NCBI GenBank assembly: GCA_963762255.1
Contig: CAVXKA010000002.1
Location: forward strand, 643,371 to 707,370
DNA: 64,000 nt
Reading direction: 5' to 3'
Source: Candidatus Eiseniibacteriota bacterium
GTDB taxonomy: Bacteria; Eisenbacteria; RBG-16-71-46; JABDJR01
Shown: one piece after another, positions 54,433 to 64,000 of the stretch
Layout of the letters: the number at the start of each line of letters is the position of its first letter
Position numbering within the stretch: position 1 is the stretch's first letter
Notes under the pieces: model-generated
Database searches by the model: none
What the model saw: only the letters and a program-made list of their open reading frames with translations
What the model was told of the DNA's origin: nothing
Made by a program: the position numbers and the translations under genes

Positions 54433-57320
54433 GGCTTGCCCCGCTCGGCGACGTGCGCGGCGTACGCCGCGCTGGCAGGGTCGAGACGCGCTGCCATTTC
54501 CCAGGCGCGGGCCGCCTCGTCGCGGCGACCCAACCGATCCAGAGCCCGGGCGCGCGTATCGTGGTACGAAGCGCGCGTGCTGTCCACGCCGACGGCCGCG
54601 TCCGCCCAGCGCAGCGCCTCTTCGGAAGCGCCGCCCGACCCGTCGATCCGCCGCAGCAGCAGCCAGGCCAGAGCGTTCATCCCGTCACCGTGCTTCTCGT
54701 AGAGTCCGAGCAGGTTTCGCAACGTCCTCTCCGCTTCATCGAGCCGGTCGCGTTCGAGCAGGAAGCGTCCGTAGCGAAAGAGGTACTCCGCGTGCTTGGG
54801 TTGCGCAGCGAGAGCGGCGGTCATGGCCTGATCGGTCTCCGTCATCCGCCCGAGAGATTCGTAGAGGAGCGCCGCGCGGAATCGATGCGCGGCCGACACG
54901 TCCGATCGCTCCGAAAGTACCGCCAGCGCGCGCAGCGCGGGCTCGGTCCGTCCCTCGTCGACGTCCAACTGAATCAGGTCCAGGTCCAGCGTGACCGGAT
55001 CGAATCGGGACTTTCGCGCTTCGCTCAGAAGCGAGCGGGCAAGCCCTCGGTTGCCCCGCGCGCGCTCGAGTTCCGCTCGAGCGGCGAGAACCTCTCCCGA
55101 TGCCGGACGGACGGTCCATGCGCGACGTAGCTCACGCTCTGCCCTTGCGAGATCGCCCGCCGCGATGTGGACCCGGGCCAGATGAAGAGCGGTCACGGGA
55201 TCCGTCGCCCTCAGCGCACGCGCCTCGACCAGGGCCGATTCCGCCTTCGCGACGTGGCCCAGGGCGAGCTCGGCTAGACCCAGAACCTGCAGGACGTCCA
55301 CCGCGTATCGGTTCCGCTCGAGTGCCTGACGCGCCTCGTCGGCCGCCTCGCGGTGGGCCCCCCGGCGCAGGAGGTGCTGGGCCAAGGCTCCGCGCGCGAA
55401 AGCGCTGAGGGGGTTCAAGCTCGCCGCCGCCGCGAAGTTCGTGTACGCCTGATCGGTCCGCCCGATCTCGTCGCAGATGAGGCCGAGATAGACATGGCTC
55501 TCGATGTCCCACGGGCGTGCGGACGCGGCCACGCGTTCGTACCGGCGGCGCGCATCACCGGCGCTCCCACGATCCCTTTCCAGGAGTCCCAGGAAGTACT
55601 CCGCGGAAAGAGCCGTGGGGTCGAGGTTCAGCACGGACTCGAAAGCCGCCGCGGCCCTGTCGACGTTGGCCGCCGCATAGTGGGCGACCCCGGTCTGCAC
55701 GCGTGCGTCGAGATGAAGCGGTGCGATGTCCGCGCAGCGTCGAAACGCGTCGATCGCCTCGACGTATCTCCCCTCCTGCTGGCAGAGCCGGCCCAGTCCA
55801 TAATGTGCGCCTGCATCGTCGGGATCGAGCCGGACCGCCTCGCGGAAGCGCCGTTCCGCATCCACGAAATCGCCCCGGCCCATGTGGGCGTAGCCCAGCT
55901 CGCCGATCGCCTCCGGGTTTCCGGGGAGGATCTCGAGGGATTCCTCCAGGCGTTCGATGGCTTCGTCATGGCGGCCGATCTGGCTCAGGTACCGGCCATA
56001 GTAGAGATGCATCCGCGAGCTGCGCGGGACCACGTCCAGGGCCGCGGCAAAGAGCGTGGCGTCGTCCCGCCAGTCCCGGCTCCGCTCCGCGGTTCGCGCA
56101 CCGTAGAGTGCGAGCAGGACTCCAAGCGCCCCCCATCCGAGTGCGCGTCGTCGCGGCCGCGCGAGCCATTCGAAACCGAGCGCCAGGATCACCGCAAATC
56201 CCAGGGTCGGGAGGTAGAGGAGACGCTCGGCGAGGATCGTCCCGATGGGAACGATCAGGTTGGAGACAGGCAGGAGCGGCCCCAGGAGCAGCACCGCTCC
56301 CACGAGAAGCGCGTGATGGCGCCCGAAGGACCGCAAGAGGAGCCAGGCGCCGGCGAATCCTACCGCGAGGGCCGCCAGCACTCTGACATTGAGGAGACTG
56401 ACCAGAGGCGGGATCTGACTGTAGGAGTAGTCGGCGCTCAAGCGCAGCGGAAACGCGAGAAGCGCCGCATAGCGACCCAGGACATAGAGCGCACTGCCGA
56501 TCCGCTGCGCGGCGGGCAGATCGTAAAGCGGATTGTCCATGATGCTCACCGCGGCCGGGCCGCCTGTCTGCTGCGGACCGAGTACAAGAAGGCGCAGGAG
56601 GCCGACCGCCAGCAGGGCCACCCCGTAGCCCGCGTAGACCGGCCAGGCGAATCGGCGGGCCGGCGGCCCCGACGCCGCACGCGGCGCGGCTCGCGCCGAC
56701 GCTTCGATCACGACGGCCAGAAGCGGGAGCACGACGGCGGATTCCTTGGTGAGGAGTGCGAGCAGGTAGGCGACGGAAGCACCGATCAGACGGCGACGTC
56801 CGCCGGACTCGATGTATCCGAAGTGGAAGAGCAGGGCAACAAGCGTGAAACCCGCGCTCAAGATGTCGGCGCGCCCGACGATCCCGGATACCGCCTCGAC
56901 GTGGACGGGGTGCACGGCAAAGATGAACGCGCCGACGGCGGCGGCCGCTCGGCGCTTGATGAGCGCGAGCAGGAGAGCATAGGCGAGCAAAGACACGACG
57001 GCGTGCAGCGCGATATTGACCGCGTGGAAGCACGCGGGTCGGTAGCCCCAGAGCGCATGGTCGAACGCATAGGTCGCGATGACTACCGGCCGGTAGAGGC
57101 CGGCGTCGGCATTCTCCGCGCCCCAGTAACCGGTGCTGAAGATGCGCGGGAGATTCTCGATGCTTCGGATGAGGGGGTTGCCGGCCACGATGGCGTTGTC
57201 GTCGTAGACGAACCCGTTTCGAAGCGTGTTCGCGTAGGCGGCGGCGCAGAGCAACAGGATGATGGCGGCCACCAGAAGGTGCCGCCTGGCGCCTGGTCTG
57301 ATTTCCGGCTCCGCCATCAT
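54429..57320 (-). CDS. TMTC-like protein: N-terminal multi-TM DUF1736/PMT-like glycosyltransferase domain fused to a long TPR array
   Basis: 963 aa. N-terminus (LLCAAAYANTLRNGFVYDDNAIVAGNPLIRS) matches the TMTC/DUF1736 family start. About 10 TM helices are followed by approximately 550 aa of TPR repeats. Confidence 0.65.
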   Translation of the reverse strand: MMAEPEIRPGARRHLLVAAIILLLCAAAYANTLRNGFVYDDNAIVAGNPLIRSIENLPRIFSTGYWGAENADAGLYRPVVIATYAFDHALWGYRPACFHAVNIALHAVVSLLAYALLLALIKRRAAAAVGAFIFAVHPVHVEAVSGIVGRADILSAGFTLVALLFHFGYIESGGRRRLIGASVAYLLALLTKESAVVLPLLAVVIEASARAAPRAASGPPARRFAWPVYAGYGVALLAVGLLRLLVLGPQQTGGPAAVSIMDNPLYDLPAAQRIGSALYVLGRYAALLAFPLRLSADYSYSQIPPLVSLLNVRVLAALAVGFAGAWLLLRSFGRHHALLVGAVLLLGPLLPVSNLIVPIGTILAERLLYLPTLGFAVILALGFEWLARPRRRALGWGALGVLLALYGARTAERSRDWRDDATLFAAALDVVPRSSRMHLYYGRYLSQIGRHDEAIERLEESLEILPGNPEAIGELGYAHMGRGDFVDAERRFREAVRLDPDDAGAHYGLGRLCQQEGRYVEAIDAFRRCADIAPLHLDARVQTGVAHYAAANVDRAAAAFESVLNLDPTALSAEYFLGLLERDRGSAGDARRRYERVAASARPWDIESHVYLGLICDEIGRTDQAYTNFAAAASLNPLSAFARGALAQHLLRRGAHREAADEARQALERNRYAVDVLQVLGLAELALGHVAKAESALVEARALRATDPVTALHLARVHIAAGDLARAERELRRAWTVRPASGEVLAARAELERARGNRGLARSLLSEARKSRFDPVTLDLDLIQLDVDEGRTEPALRALAVLSERSDVSAAHRFRAALLYESLGRMTETDQAMTAALAAQPKHAEYLFRYGRFLLERDRLDEAERTLRNLLGLYEKHGDGMNALAWLLLRRIDGSGGASEEALRWADAAVGVDSTRASYHDTRARALDRLGRRDEAARAWEMAARLDPASAAYAAHVAERGKP

Positions 57321-57496
57321 CGTCTTCCCGGGGAAGGACTCATCGGCCTCGTCTCGGCGGCTCGGGGTGAACCCGCCTGGGACATTCTAGTACGGCACGG
57401 GGGCCGAGTTCTTCATGAGAAGCGATATGCACTATCAGTCCGTCTCGCCTCCATTCCCGTAGCTTTCGGCGGGTGGCGTCCCGTACGATTGTGCCC

Positions 57497-58390
57497 ATGA
57501 AATCTCGGATACCCGTCTACCTGCTCGTCCTCCTGTCTCTGCTGCCGTCGACGGCCGGGGCCTGGGGCGGTGACGTTCACCGTCTCATCAACCGGTCGGC
57601 CGTGGGGTGCCTGCCCGCGGACTTCCAGGCCTTCAGCCAATGGGCGGGGACTCTCGAGCAGCTCTCCACCGCTCCCGACGAGCGCAAGGACTATGTGAGC
57701 ACGGAGGGGCAGCGCCACTACATCGACATCGACGATTACCCCGAGTTCTTCGCCGGCACCCTACCCCATGACTACCAGACCATGGTCGCCAGCTACGGCG
57801 CCTACAGGGTGATCGGCAATGGGACCCTCCCCTGGGCCATCGACGAGACGTACCGCAACATGGTGGCCGCGTTTCAGGCGCAGAACTGGACGGAGGCGGT
57901 GAGGCTCGCCGCCGACATCGGCCACTATGTGGGGGACCTGCACAATCCGCTCCACGATACGACCAATTACGACGGAGATGAGACCGGGCAGAGCGGCATC
58001 CACTCCCGCTTCGAATCCAACATGACGCGTACCTACATGAGCTTTCTCACCCCGAGGCCGGAGCAGGCGCCCGTGGTGCACAACGTGCTCGACACCTCCT
58101 TCGACTGGATCGACGAGATCTATCCCGGGGTGAAGGTGATCCTCGACGCGGATTTAGAGGCCAAAGTGGAGTCCGGGGGAAGCACTAGGAGCACCGTGTA
58201 CTACCAGACACTCTGGTCGGAGGTCGGCCAGTACACGGCCCTCTGGATAGAGAGCGCCACCGTCCGTGTCGCCTCGCTCTGGTACTCCGCGTGGATCGAG
58301 GCCGGCTCGCCCCTGCTCCCGGGGACGAGCCCCGTGCAGTCCGTGACCATCGGCCGGCTCAAGACAATGTTCCTGGTTCCCCGCCGTTGA
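57497..58390 (+). CDS. Secreted S1-P1 nuclease / zinc-dependent phospholipase C superfamily protein
   Basis: The signal peptide is followed directly by the mature N-terminal Trp (AGAWGGDVHRLI), and the zinc motif HYVGDLHNPLHDT is present. Start chosen at MKSRIPVYLLVLL (57497); the ORF is listed from 57473. Confidence 0.65.
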   Translation: MKSRIPVYLLVLLSLLPSTAGAWGGDVHRLINRSAVGCLPADFQAFSQWAGTLEQLSTAPDERKDYVSTEGQRHYIDIDDYPEFFAGTLPHDYQTMVASYGAYRVIGNGTLPWAIDETYRNMVAAFQAQNWTEAVRLAADIGHYVGDLHNPLHDTTNYDGDETGQSGIHSRFESNMTRTYMSFLTPRPEQAPVVHNVLDTSFDWIDEIYPGVKVILDADLEAKVESGGSTRSTVYYQTLWSEVGQYTALWIESATVRVASLWYSAWIEAGSPLLPGTSPVQSVTIGRLKTMFLVPRR

Positions 58391-58510
58391 CCTTTTGTGG
58401 TACAAGCGCCGGACGCAGATGATCGGCGATCCCCCGCATGGGGGCGGCGAGGCCTAGGCCGGAGCCGTCGCGGGGGCCGCCCCGGCTCCAACGCAGGACA
58501 AGAGGCCGCC

Positions 58511-60034
58511 ATGACGACACCCTCCCACGAAGCCGCCAACCAACGCGAGGGGCTCTGGTTCTTCGGATTCCCCCTCGGCTATTGGATGCTCAACGTCATC
58601 GAGATGTGGGAGCGCATGGCCTTCTTTCTCGTCCGCAGCGTGGTGGCGATCTACATCATGCAGGCGGACGAGGTCAACGGCCTCCACTTCACCGCCATGC
58701 AAAAGGGGACCATCTACGCCTGGTGGGGAGTCTTCCAATCCATCCTGCCGATGATCACCGGCGGGTACGCCGACCGCTACGGCTACAAGAAGACGCTGGT
58801 GTTCTCGGTGACCGTCAACATCCTGGGCTACGTCCTCATGGCCTACACCCGCAGCTTCTGGGGATTCTTCGCGGCGATCATGGTGCTGGCCACCGGCACC
58901 GCGTTCTTCAAGCCGAGCTTGCAGGGATCCCTCGCGCAGAACCTGACCAAGGCGAATTCCTCGGTGGGCTGGGGCATCTTCTACTGGATCGTAAACGTCG
59001 GAGCCGCCGCCGCGCCGCTCCTCGCCGCGTTCATCCGCCACGAGTACTCTTGGCGCATCCTCTTCCTCACCGCGGCCGGCATCACCTGCCTCAACTACGG
59101 GATGCTCTTCACCTTCAAGGACTTTCAATCCGGCGCCGACAAGACCCGCAATCCGCTTCAGGTCTTCTGGTACACGCTCAAGAACATCTTTCAGCTCCGC
59201 CTGATCGTCTGGCTTCTCATCATGTCCTGCTTCTGGCTGATGATGTATCAGCTCTGGGACCTCCACCCCAACTTCATCACCGACTGGATCGACAGCTCGC
59301 CGCTGGCCGCGACGCTTCAGGGATGGAGCTTCGTCCCGCAGAGCTGGATCACGATGACCGCGCGCGGGCCGCAGGTGCCGCAGGAACTTCTCCTGAACCT
59401 CAACGCCGCCCTCATCGTGATCCTCATGATTCCCGTCTCCTGGGCGGTCCGTAAGATGCGCACGCTCTCGGCGATGGTCATCGGCATGTGCGTGGCGACG
59501 GTCGGCATCCTGGTTTCGGGGCTCACCGTCAGCGGCTATGTGTTCCTCCTCGGCGTTGTCTTCTTCTCACTGGGCGAGATGCTGACCGGCCCCAAGAAGA
59601 ACGAGTACCTCGGCCTCATCGCCCCTCCCGGGAAGAAGGGGCTCTACCTCGGCTACGTGAACATCCCGGTGGGCATCGGCCTGTACGTGGGATCCAGCCT
59701 CGCCGGCTACCTCTACGGCAACTTCGGCGACAAGTCGGTTCTCGCCCAGAAGTACCTCATCGAGCACACGCCGTTCGGCGCGGACAAGCTCCCGTTCTGG
59801 AAGGGGGGCGTGGGGCAGCTCGAGGGCGTGCTCGGGGTGCCGCGCACCGAGGCCATGGCCAAGCTCCAGGAGGTCCTGGCCATCGATAACGTCGCGGCCA
59901 CACGGCTGCTCTGGGATACATACAGCCCGCAGTACCATGTTTGGCTGCCGTTCGCGGCGATCGGGGTTGTGGCGATCATCGCCCTCATCATCTTCAACCA
60001 GATGGCCAGGCGCTGGTCGGACATGAACGCCTGA
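58511..60034 (+). CDS. POT/PTR2-family proton-dependent oligopeptide transporter (MFS)
   Basis: ExxERFxYYG-type motif ([16 protein letters not shown]) and about 14 TM helices. Start chosen at MTTPSHEA; the listed ORF begins at 58397. Confidence 0.7.
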   Translation: MTTPSHEAANQREGLWFFGFPLGYWMLNVIEMWERMAFFLVRSVVAIYIMQADEVNGLHFTAMQKGTIYAWWGVFQSILPMITGGYADRYGYKKTLVFSVTVNILGYVLMAYTRSFWGFFAAIMVLATGTAFFKPSLQGSLAQNLTKANSSVGWGIFYWIVNVGAAAAPLLAAFIRHEYSWRILFLTAAGITCLNYGMLFTFKDFQSGADKTRNPLQVFWYTLKNIFQLRLIVWLLIMSCFWLMMYQLWDLHPNFITDWIDSSPLAATLQGWSFVPQSWITMTARGPQVPQELLLNLNAALIVILMIPVSWAVRKMRTLSAMVIGMCVATVGILVSGLTVSGYVFLLGVVFFSLGEMLTGPKKNEYLGLIAPPGKKGLYLGYVNIPVGIGLYVGSSLAGYLYGNFGDKSVLAQKYLIEHTPFGADKLPFWKGGVGQLEGVLGVPRTEAMAKLQEVLAIDNVAATRLLWDTYSPQYHVWLPFAAIGVVAIIALIIFNQMARRWSDMNA

Positions 60035-60043
60035 TCGGGTCGG

Positions 60044-63000
60044 CTACTTCTTCCCGAACCAGCGACGCAGGCGGGTTTGGAACCCGTCCATGTAGATGTA
60101 GAAGACCGGCGTGACGAAGAGGGTGAGGAACTGCGAGAAGAGCAGTCCGCCCACGACGGCCAGACCGAGGGGGCGCCGGGACTCGGAGCCCGCGCCCAGC
60201 CCCGACCGCGATCGGCAGCGTCCCCATGAGCGCGGCCATCGTCGTCATCATGATCGGCCGGAAGCGGACCATGCACGCCTCGTAGATGGCCTCGCTCGGC
60301 GTCTTTCCCCCGCCCCGCTGCGCGTCGAGGGCGAAGTCGATCATCATGATGCCGTTCTTCTTCACCAGCCCGATCAGCATGATGATGCCCGACGAAGGCG
60401 TAGACGCCCAGATCGATCTTGAAGATGAGCAGCGTGACCAGGGCGCCGAACCCGGCGAAGGGCAGGGCGGAGAGAATCGTGAGCGGGTGGATGAAGCTCT
60501 CGTAGAGGATGCCCAGCACGAGGTAGATGACGAGAATGGCCAGCCACAGGAGGAGCCCCAGTCCCCGGCAAGGAGGACTGGAACGCCTGGGCCGTCCCCT
60601 GAAAGCTCGTGCTGATGGTGGCAGGGAGTTCGGTGCGCGCCAGGGCCTGCACCTGGGTCACCGCGTCCCCCAGCGCCACGCCGGGCTTCAGGTTGAAGGA
60701 GAGCGTCACCGAGGGAAGTTGCCCGAGGTGGTTGATCGAGGCCGGCCCGAGCCCTTCGCGCAGGCTGGCGATCGTGCTCAGCGGCACCAGCGCGCCCGCC
60801 GACGACCGCACGTAGAGCAGGGAGAGCGCGGCCGGGCTCATGCGGTACTCGGGCAGCAGCTCCAGGATCACCGAGTACTCGTTGTTGGGCGCGTAGATCG
60901 TGCTCACCTGACCGGAAGCGAACGCGTCGGCAAGGCTCGACTCCACCTGCTGCACCGAGATCCCCAGCGCCGAAGCCCGATCCCGGTTGATGTCCACGTT
61001 GACCTCGGGGGTGCGGATTTGGAGGTCGCTGGTCACGTCCTGCAGGCCGGGCAGGTCCTTCATCTTGTCCAGCATGGCCTGCGCGCGCGTCGTAGAGCTC
61101 GTCGGTGTCCGTCCCCTGCAGGGTGAACTGGTAGGCGCTGCGACTGCTCTGGCCGCCGATGCTGATGGGGGGAGGGTTTTGCAGATAGACGCGCACGCCG
61201 GGTATGCGGGCAAGCTTGGGGCGAAGCTCCTCGATGACCTGGTCGGCGCTGAGCTTCGCGCTCTTCCCGGGGCTTGAGCCGGATGAAGAGGTTTCCCTGG
61301 TTGGAGGCGCCGGACCCTCGGCCCCCCGCCGAGGACATGAACGCGTCCACGTTCGGATCCGCGGCGACCACCTCCGCCACCGCCTTCTGGTGCTCCACCA
61401 TGGAATCGAAGGAGGTCCCCTCCGCCGCCTCGGTGGAGCCGGAGATCCGACTCGTGTCCTCGCTTGCCAGAAACCCCTTCGGGATGCGCTGCGAACAGGA
61501 CCACCGTCAAGGCCAGGATCACCGCCGAGTAGAGCATGGTGATGCGCCTGTGGCGGATCGACCACGACAGTCCCTTCTCGTAGACGTGGAGCATCCGGCC
61601 GAAGAAACGCTCCGAGAACGCGTAGACACGCCCATGGTGGGCTTGGGCCGAGGGCCGAAGGAAGCGGCTGGAGAGCATCGGGGTCAGCGAGAGCGAGACG
61701 AAGCCGGAGATGAGGATCGCGGCCGAGATGGTGATGGCGAACTCGTGGAAGAGCCGGCCGAGGATTCCCCCCATGAACAGGATCGGGATGAAGACCGCGG
61801 TCAGAGCCAGGGTCATCGAGAGGATCGTGAAGCCGATCTCGCGCGATCCGTTGAGGGCGGCCTCGTGGGGCGACTCCCCCATCTCCATGTGCCGGACGAT
61901 GTTCTCGAGCATGACGATGGCGTCGTCCACCACGAACCCGACCGAGAGGGTCAGCGCCATCAGCGAGAGGTTGTCCAGGCTGAACCCCATGAGAAAGAGA
62001 ACGACGAAGGTGCCCACGATCGACATGGGGAGGGCCAGCGACGGGATCACCGTCGCCGAGATGTTGCGCAGGAAGAGGAAGATCACGAGCACGACCAGGA
62101 TCAGCGTGAGGAGCAGGGTGCCTTTCACGTCCGCCACCGACGCGCGGATCGACTCCGAGCGGTCGAAGAGGATGTTCATCGTCACCGAGGCCGGGAGCTG
62201 CTCCTGGAAGGAGGGCAGCAGGGCCTTCACCGCACTCGGCCACCGCCACCGTGTTGGTGCCGGGCTGCCGCTGGATGGCCAGGACGACCGCCCGCTGATC
62301 GATATACCAGGCCGCATTCTTGTCGTTCTGCACACTGTCGACGACCCGACCCAGTTCCTCGAGACGCACCGGCTGCCCGTCGCGATAGGCCACGATGATC
62401 GGCTTGTAGGCGTCGGCCTCCAGCAATTGTCCGTTGGCCTGGATGGTGAAGCTCTCATGCGGGCCGTCCAGAACTCCGGTGGGGAGGTTCACGTTGGCGG
62501 CGCTGATGGCGTCGGCCACCTCGTCGACGCCGATCCCTCGGCTGGCCAGCGCCTTGGGATCGAGCTGCACGCGCACCGCGTACTTCTGCGACCCGAACAC
62601 CAGGACCTGAGCCACCCCGCTCACCATCGAGATCCGCTGCGCCAGCATCGTTTCGCCGTACTCGTCGAGGGTGTAGAGCGGGAGCGTGGGCGAGGTCAGG
62701 GCGATGAAGAGGATCGGCGAGTCGGCCGGGTTCACCTTGCGATACGAAGGGGGGCTCGGCATATCCGGGGGAAGCTGGCGCAGCGTGGCGGCGATCGCCG
62801 ACTGCACGTCCTGGGCGGCGGCGTCGATATCCCGGCTCAGGCTGAACTGCAGGGTGATCTGGGTCGAGCCCAGCGAGTTGGTGGAGGTCATCGACTCGAG
62901 ACCGGCGATGGTCGAGAACTGGCGCTCGAGGGGGGTCGCCACCGAGGAGGCCATCGTCTCCGGGTTGGCGCCGGGGAGACTGGCCGAGACCTGCAGGGTC

Positions 63001-63129
63001 GGATAGTCGACATTCGGGCAGGTCGCTCACCGGAAGCAGCCGGTAGCCCATGATGCCGAAGAGAAGAATGGCCAGCATGATCAGGGTGGTCATGACCGGC
63101 CGCCGGATGAAGATCTCGGCGATGTTCAT
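60044..63129 (-). pseudogene. RND (HAE1/AcrB-type) efflux transporter disrupted by at least 7 frameshifts (pseudogene or heavily indel-affected sequence)
   Basis: AcrB-like segments appear successively in different frames: MNIAEIFIRRPVMTTLIMLAILLFG... (start about 63129), MASSVATPLERQFST... (59994..62954 ORF), VKALLPSFQEQLPASVTMNILFDRSESIRAS... (60374..62458 ORF, with an internal out-of-frame stretch about 61060-61540 flanked by compensating shifts), [25 protein letters not shown]... (59713..60519 ORF), and the C-terminus ...[20 protein letters not shown]... A 1-nt insertion is visible at about 63015 (LPECRLS instead of LPNVDYP). Confidence 0.7.
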
Positions 63130-64000
63130 GATCCGGTGGCCTCCGCGGGAGCCGCCCCTGCCTTGATATCGACCTTGGCTCCCGGCACGAGACGAAGCTG
63201 GCCGTCGGTGACCACACGGTCGCCGGCCTGCACGCCGCGCTCCACCACCACGTCGCCGTCGGTCTCCATCCCCACCGTGACCGGCTGCACGGCCACGGTC
63301 AGATCGGGCTTGATCACGTAGACGAAGCTCCCCTGCTGGCTCTTCTGCACCGCCGCGCGCCGGAACCACCACCGCGCCTTTGCGTACGGTGAGGACCAGG
63401 GAGACGTCGACGAACTGCCCCGGCCAGAGGCTCTCGTCCGCATTGGGGAAGGTAGCCTTGAGCAGGATCATCCCGGTCGTCTCGTCCACCCGTTGTCGAT
63501 GAAGGTCAGATCTCCGGCGACCACCTGCGCCGTGTCCCCCGAAGCGGAAGCCTCGACCCGCAGCGTCCCCGCGCGAGCGCGCGCGCGGATCTCGGGCAGC
63601 GAGCGGCTCGGGCACGCAGAAGCTGACGTACACCGGCACGATTTGCTGGATCACCACCAGCGGGTTGGCGTCGTTGGCGCTCGACCAGATTCCCCGGGTG
63701 GACGAGGAGGTTCCCGGTGCGCCCGGAGATGGGGGCGCGGATCGAGCAGAAGCTCAGGTTGAGCCGCGCGTTGCGGCACGCGGCGGCGTCGGCGTCGAGG
63801 GTGGCATGCAAGGCCGCGGCGTCGGACTTCACCTGATCGAACTGGTCCTTGGTGACGTAGTCCTTGTCCACCAGCTCGGCGTAGCGCTGTTGCTGGGCGT
63901 CGGCACCGGCGGAGAGGGCGCTGTCCCTGGCGGAGTCGGCCAGCGCCGACTGCAGCGCGATCTCGTAGGGGCGGCGGTCGATCGTAACGAGCAGCTCACC
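63126..64000 (-). pseudogene. RND adaptor / membrane-fusion protein (AcrA-like), 5-prime partial (runs off window) and frameshifted
   Basis: C-terminal MFP segment (63126..63443: ...SFVYVIKPDLTVAVQPVTVGMETDGDVVVERGVQAGDRVVTDGQLRLVPGAKV...) and the middle lipoyl/beta-barrel segment (63506..63871 and beyond: ...RAPISGRTGNLLVHPGNLV...) lie in different frames. Its stop overlaps the RND start (ATGA). Confidence 0.6.

Overview
High-GC (about 68-70%) bacterial chromosomal segment with dense, mostly co-directional coding and very frequent 4-nt start/stop overlaps (ATGA/GTGA/TTGA). I assigned about 45 protein genes, one tRNA-Leu(TAA), and no CRISPR arrays or recognisable IS elements. The main units, in order: (1) a selenium-dependent molybdenum hydroxylase cluster (xanthine-dehydrogenase-type Mo subunit, SsnA-like amidohydrolase, MocA, YqeB, YqeC); (2) phosphoesterase, MtfA peptidase, then a lipoprotein-aquaporin-SDR-glucoamylase operon; (3) one 1675-aa ORF fusing a MetV-like Cys-rich domain, MetF (MTHFR) and a complete cobalamin-dependent methionine synthase; (4) a crcB/DUF190 fluoride-export pair; (5) an MFS transporter, a frameshifted secreted zinc-phospholipase-C-like gene and a TlpA redoxin; (6) three very large secreted proteins with the same C-terminal sorting (T9SS/FlgD-Ig-like) domain, flanking the tRNA-Leu, which sits next to a partial duplicate of its 3-prime end; (7) a tightly coupled minus-strand operon alaX-like / PTPS / folE / SDR / gnd / zwf / opcA / pgl, i.e. 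tetrahydrobiopterin-type pterin synthesis joined to the oxidative pentose-phosphate branch; (8) three GT-C (PMT/ArnT/TMTC-like) membrane glycosyltransferases with TPR regions plus a TPR/beta-barrel outer-membrane protein; (9) a coupled operon pruA - M28 peptidase - GT2 - P-loop ATPase - deoxyhypusine-synthase-like, followed by an 885-aa tandem-duplicated tryptophanase/tyrosine-phenol-lyase fusion; (10) a POT peptide transporter and, at the 3-prime end, an RND efflux pump plus adaptor disrupted by at least 7 frameshifts. The most unusual items are the MetV-MetF-MetH fusion, the tandem beta-eliminating-lyase fusion with a degenerate N-terminal copy, the DHS-like/GT2/ATPase operon, the pterin+oxPPP operon, and the tRNA-proximal duplication. 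All calls rest on reading the translated ORFs and the nucleotide sequence by eye. No database searches were run, and hand-counted coordinates may be off by 1-2 nt.
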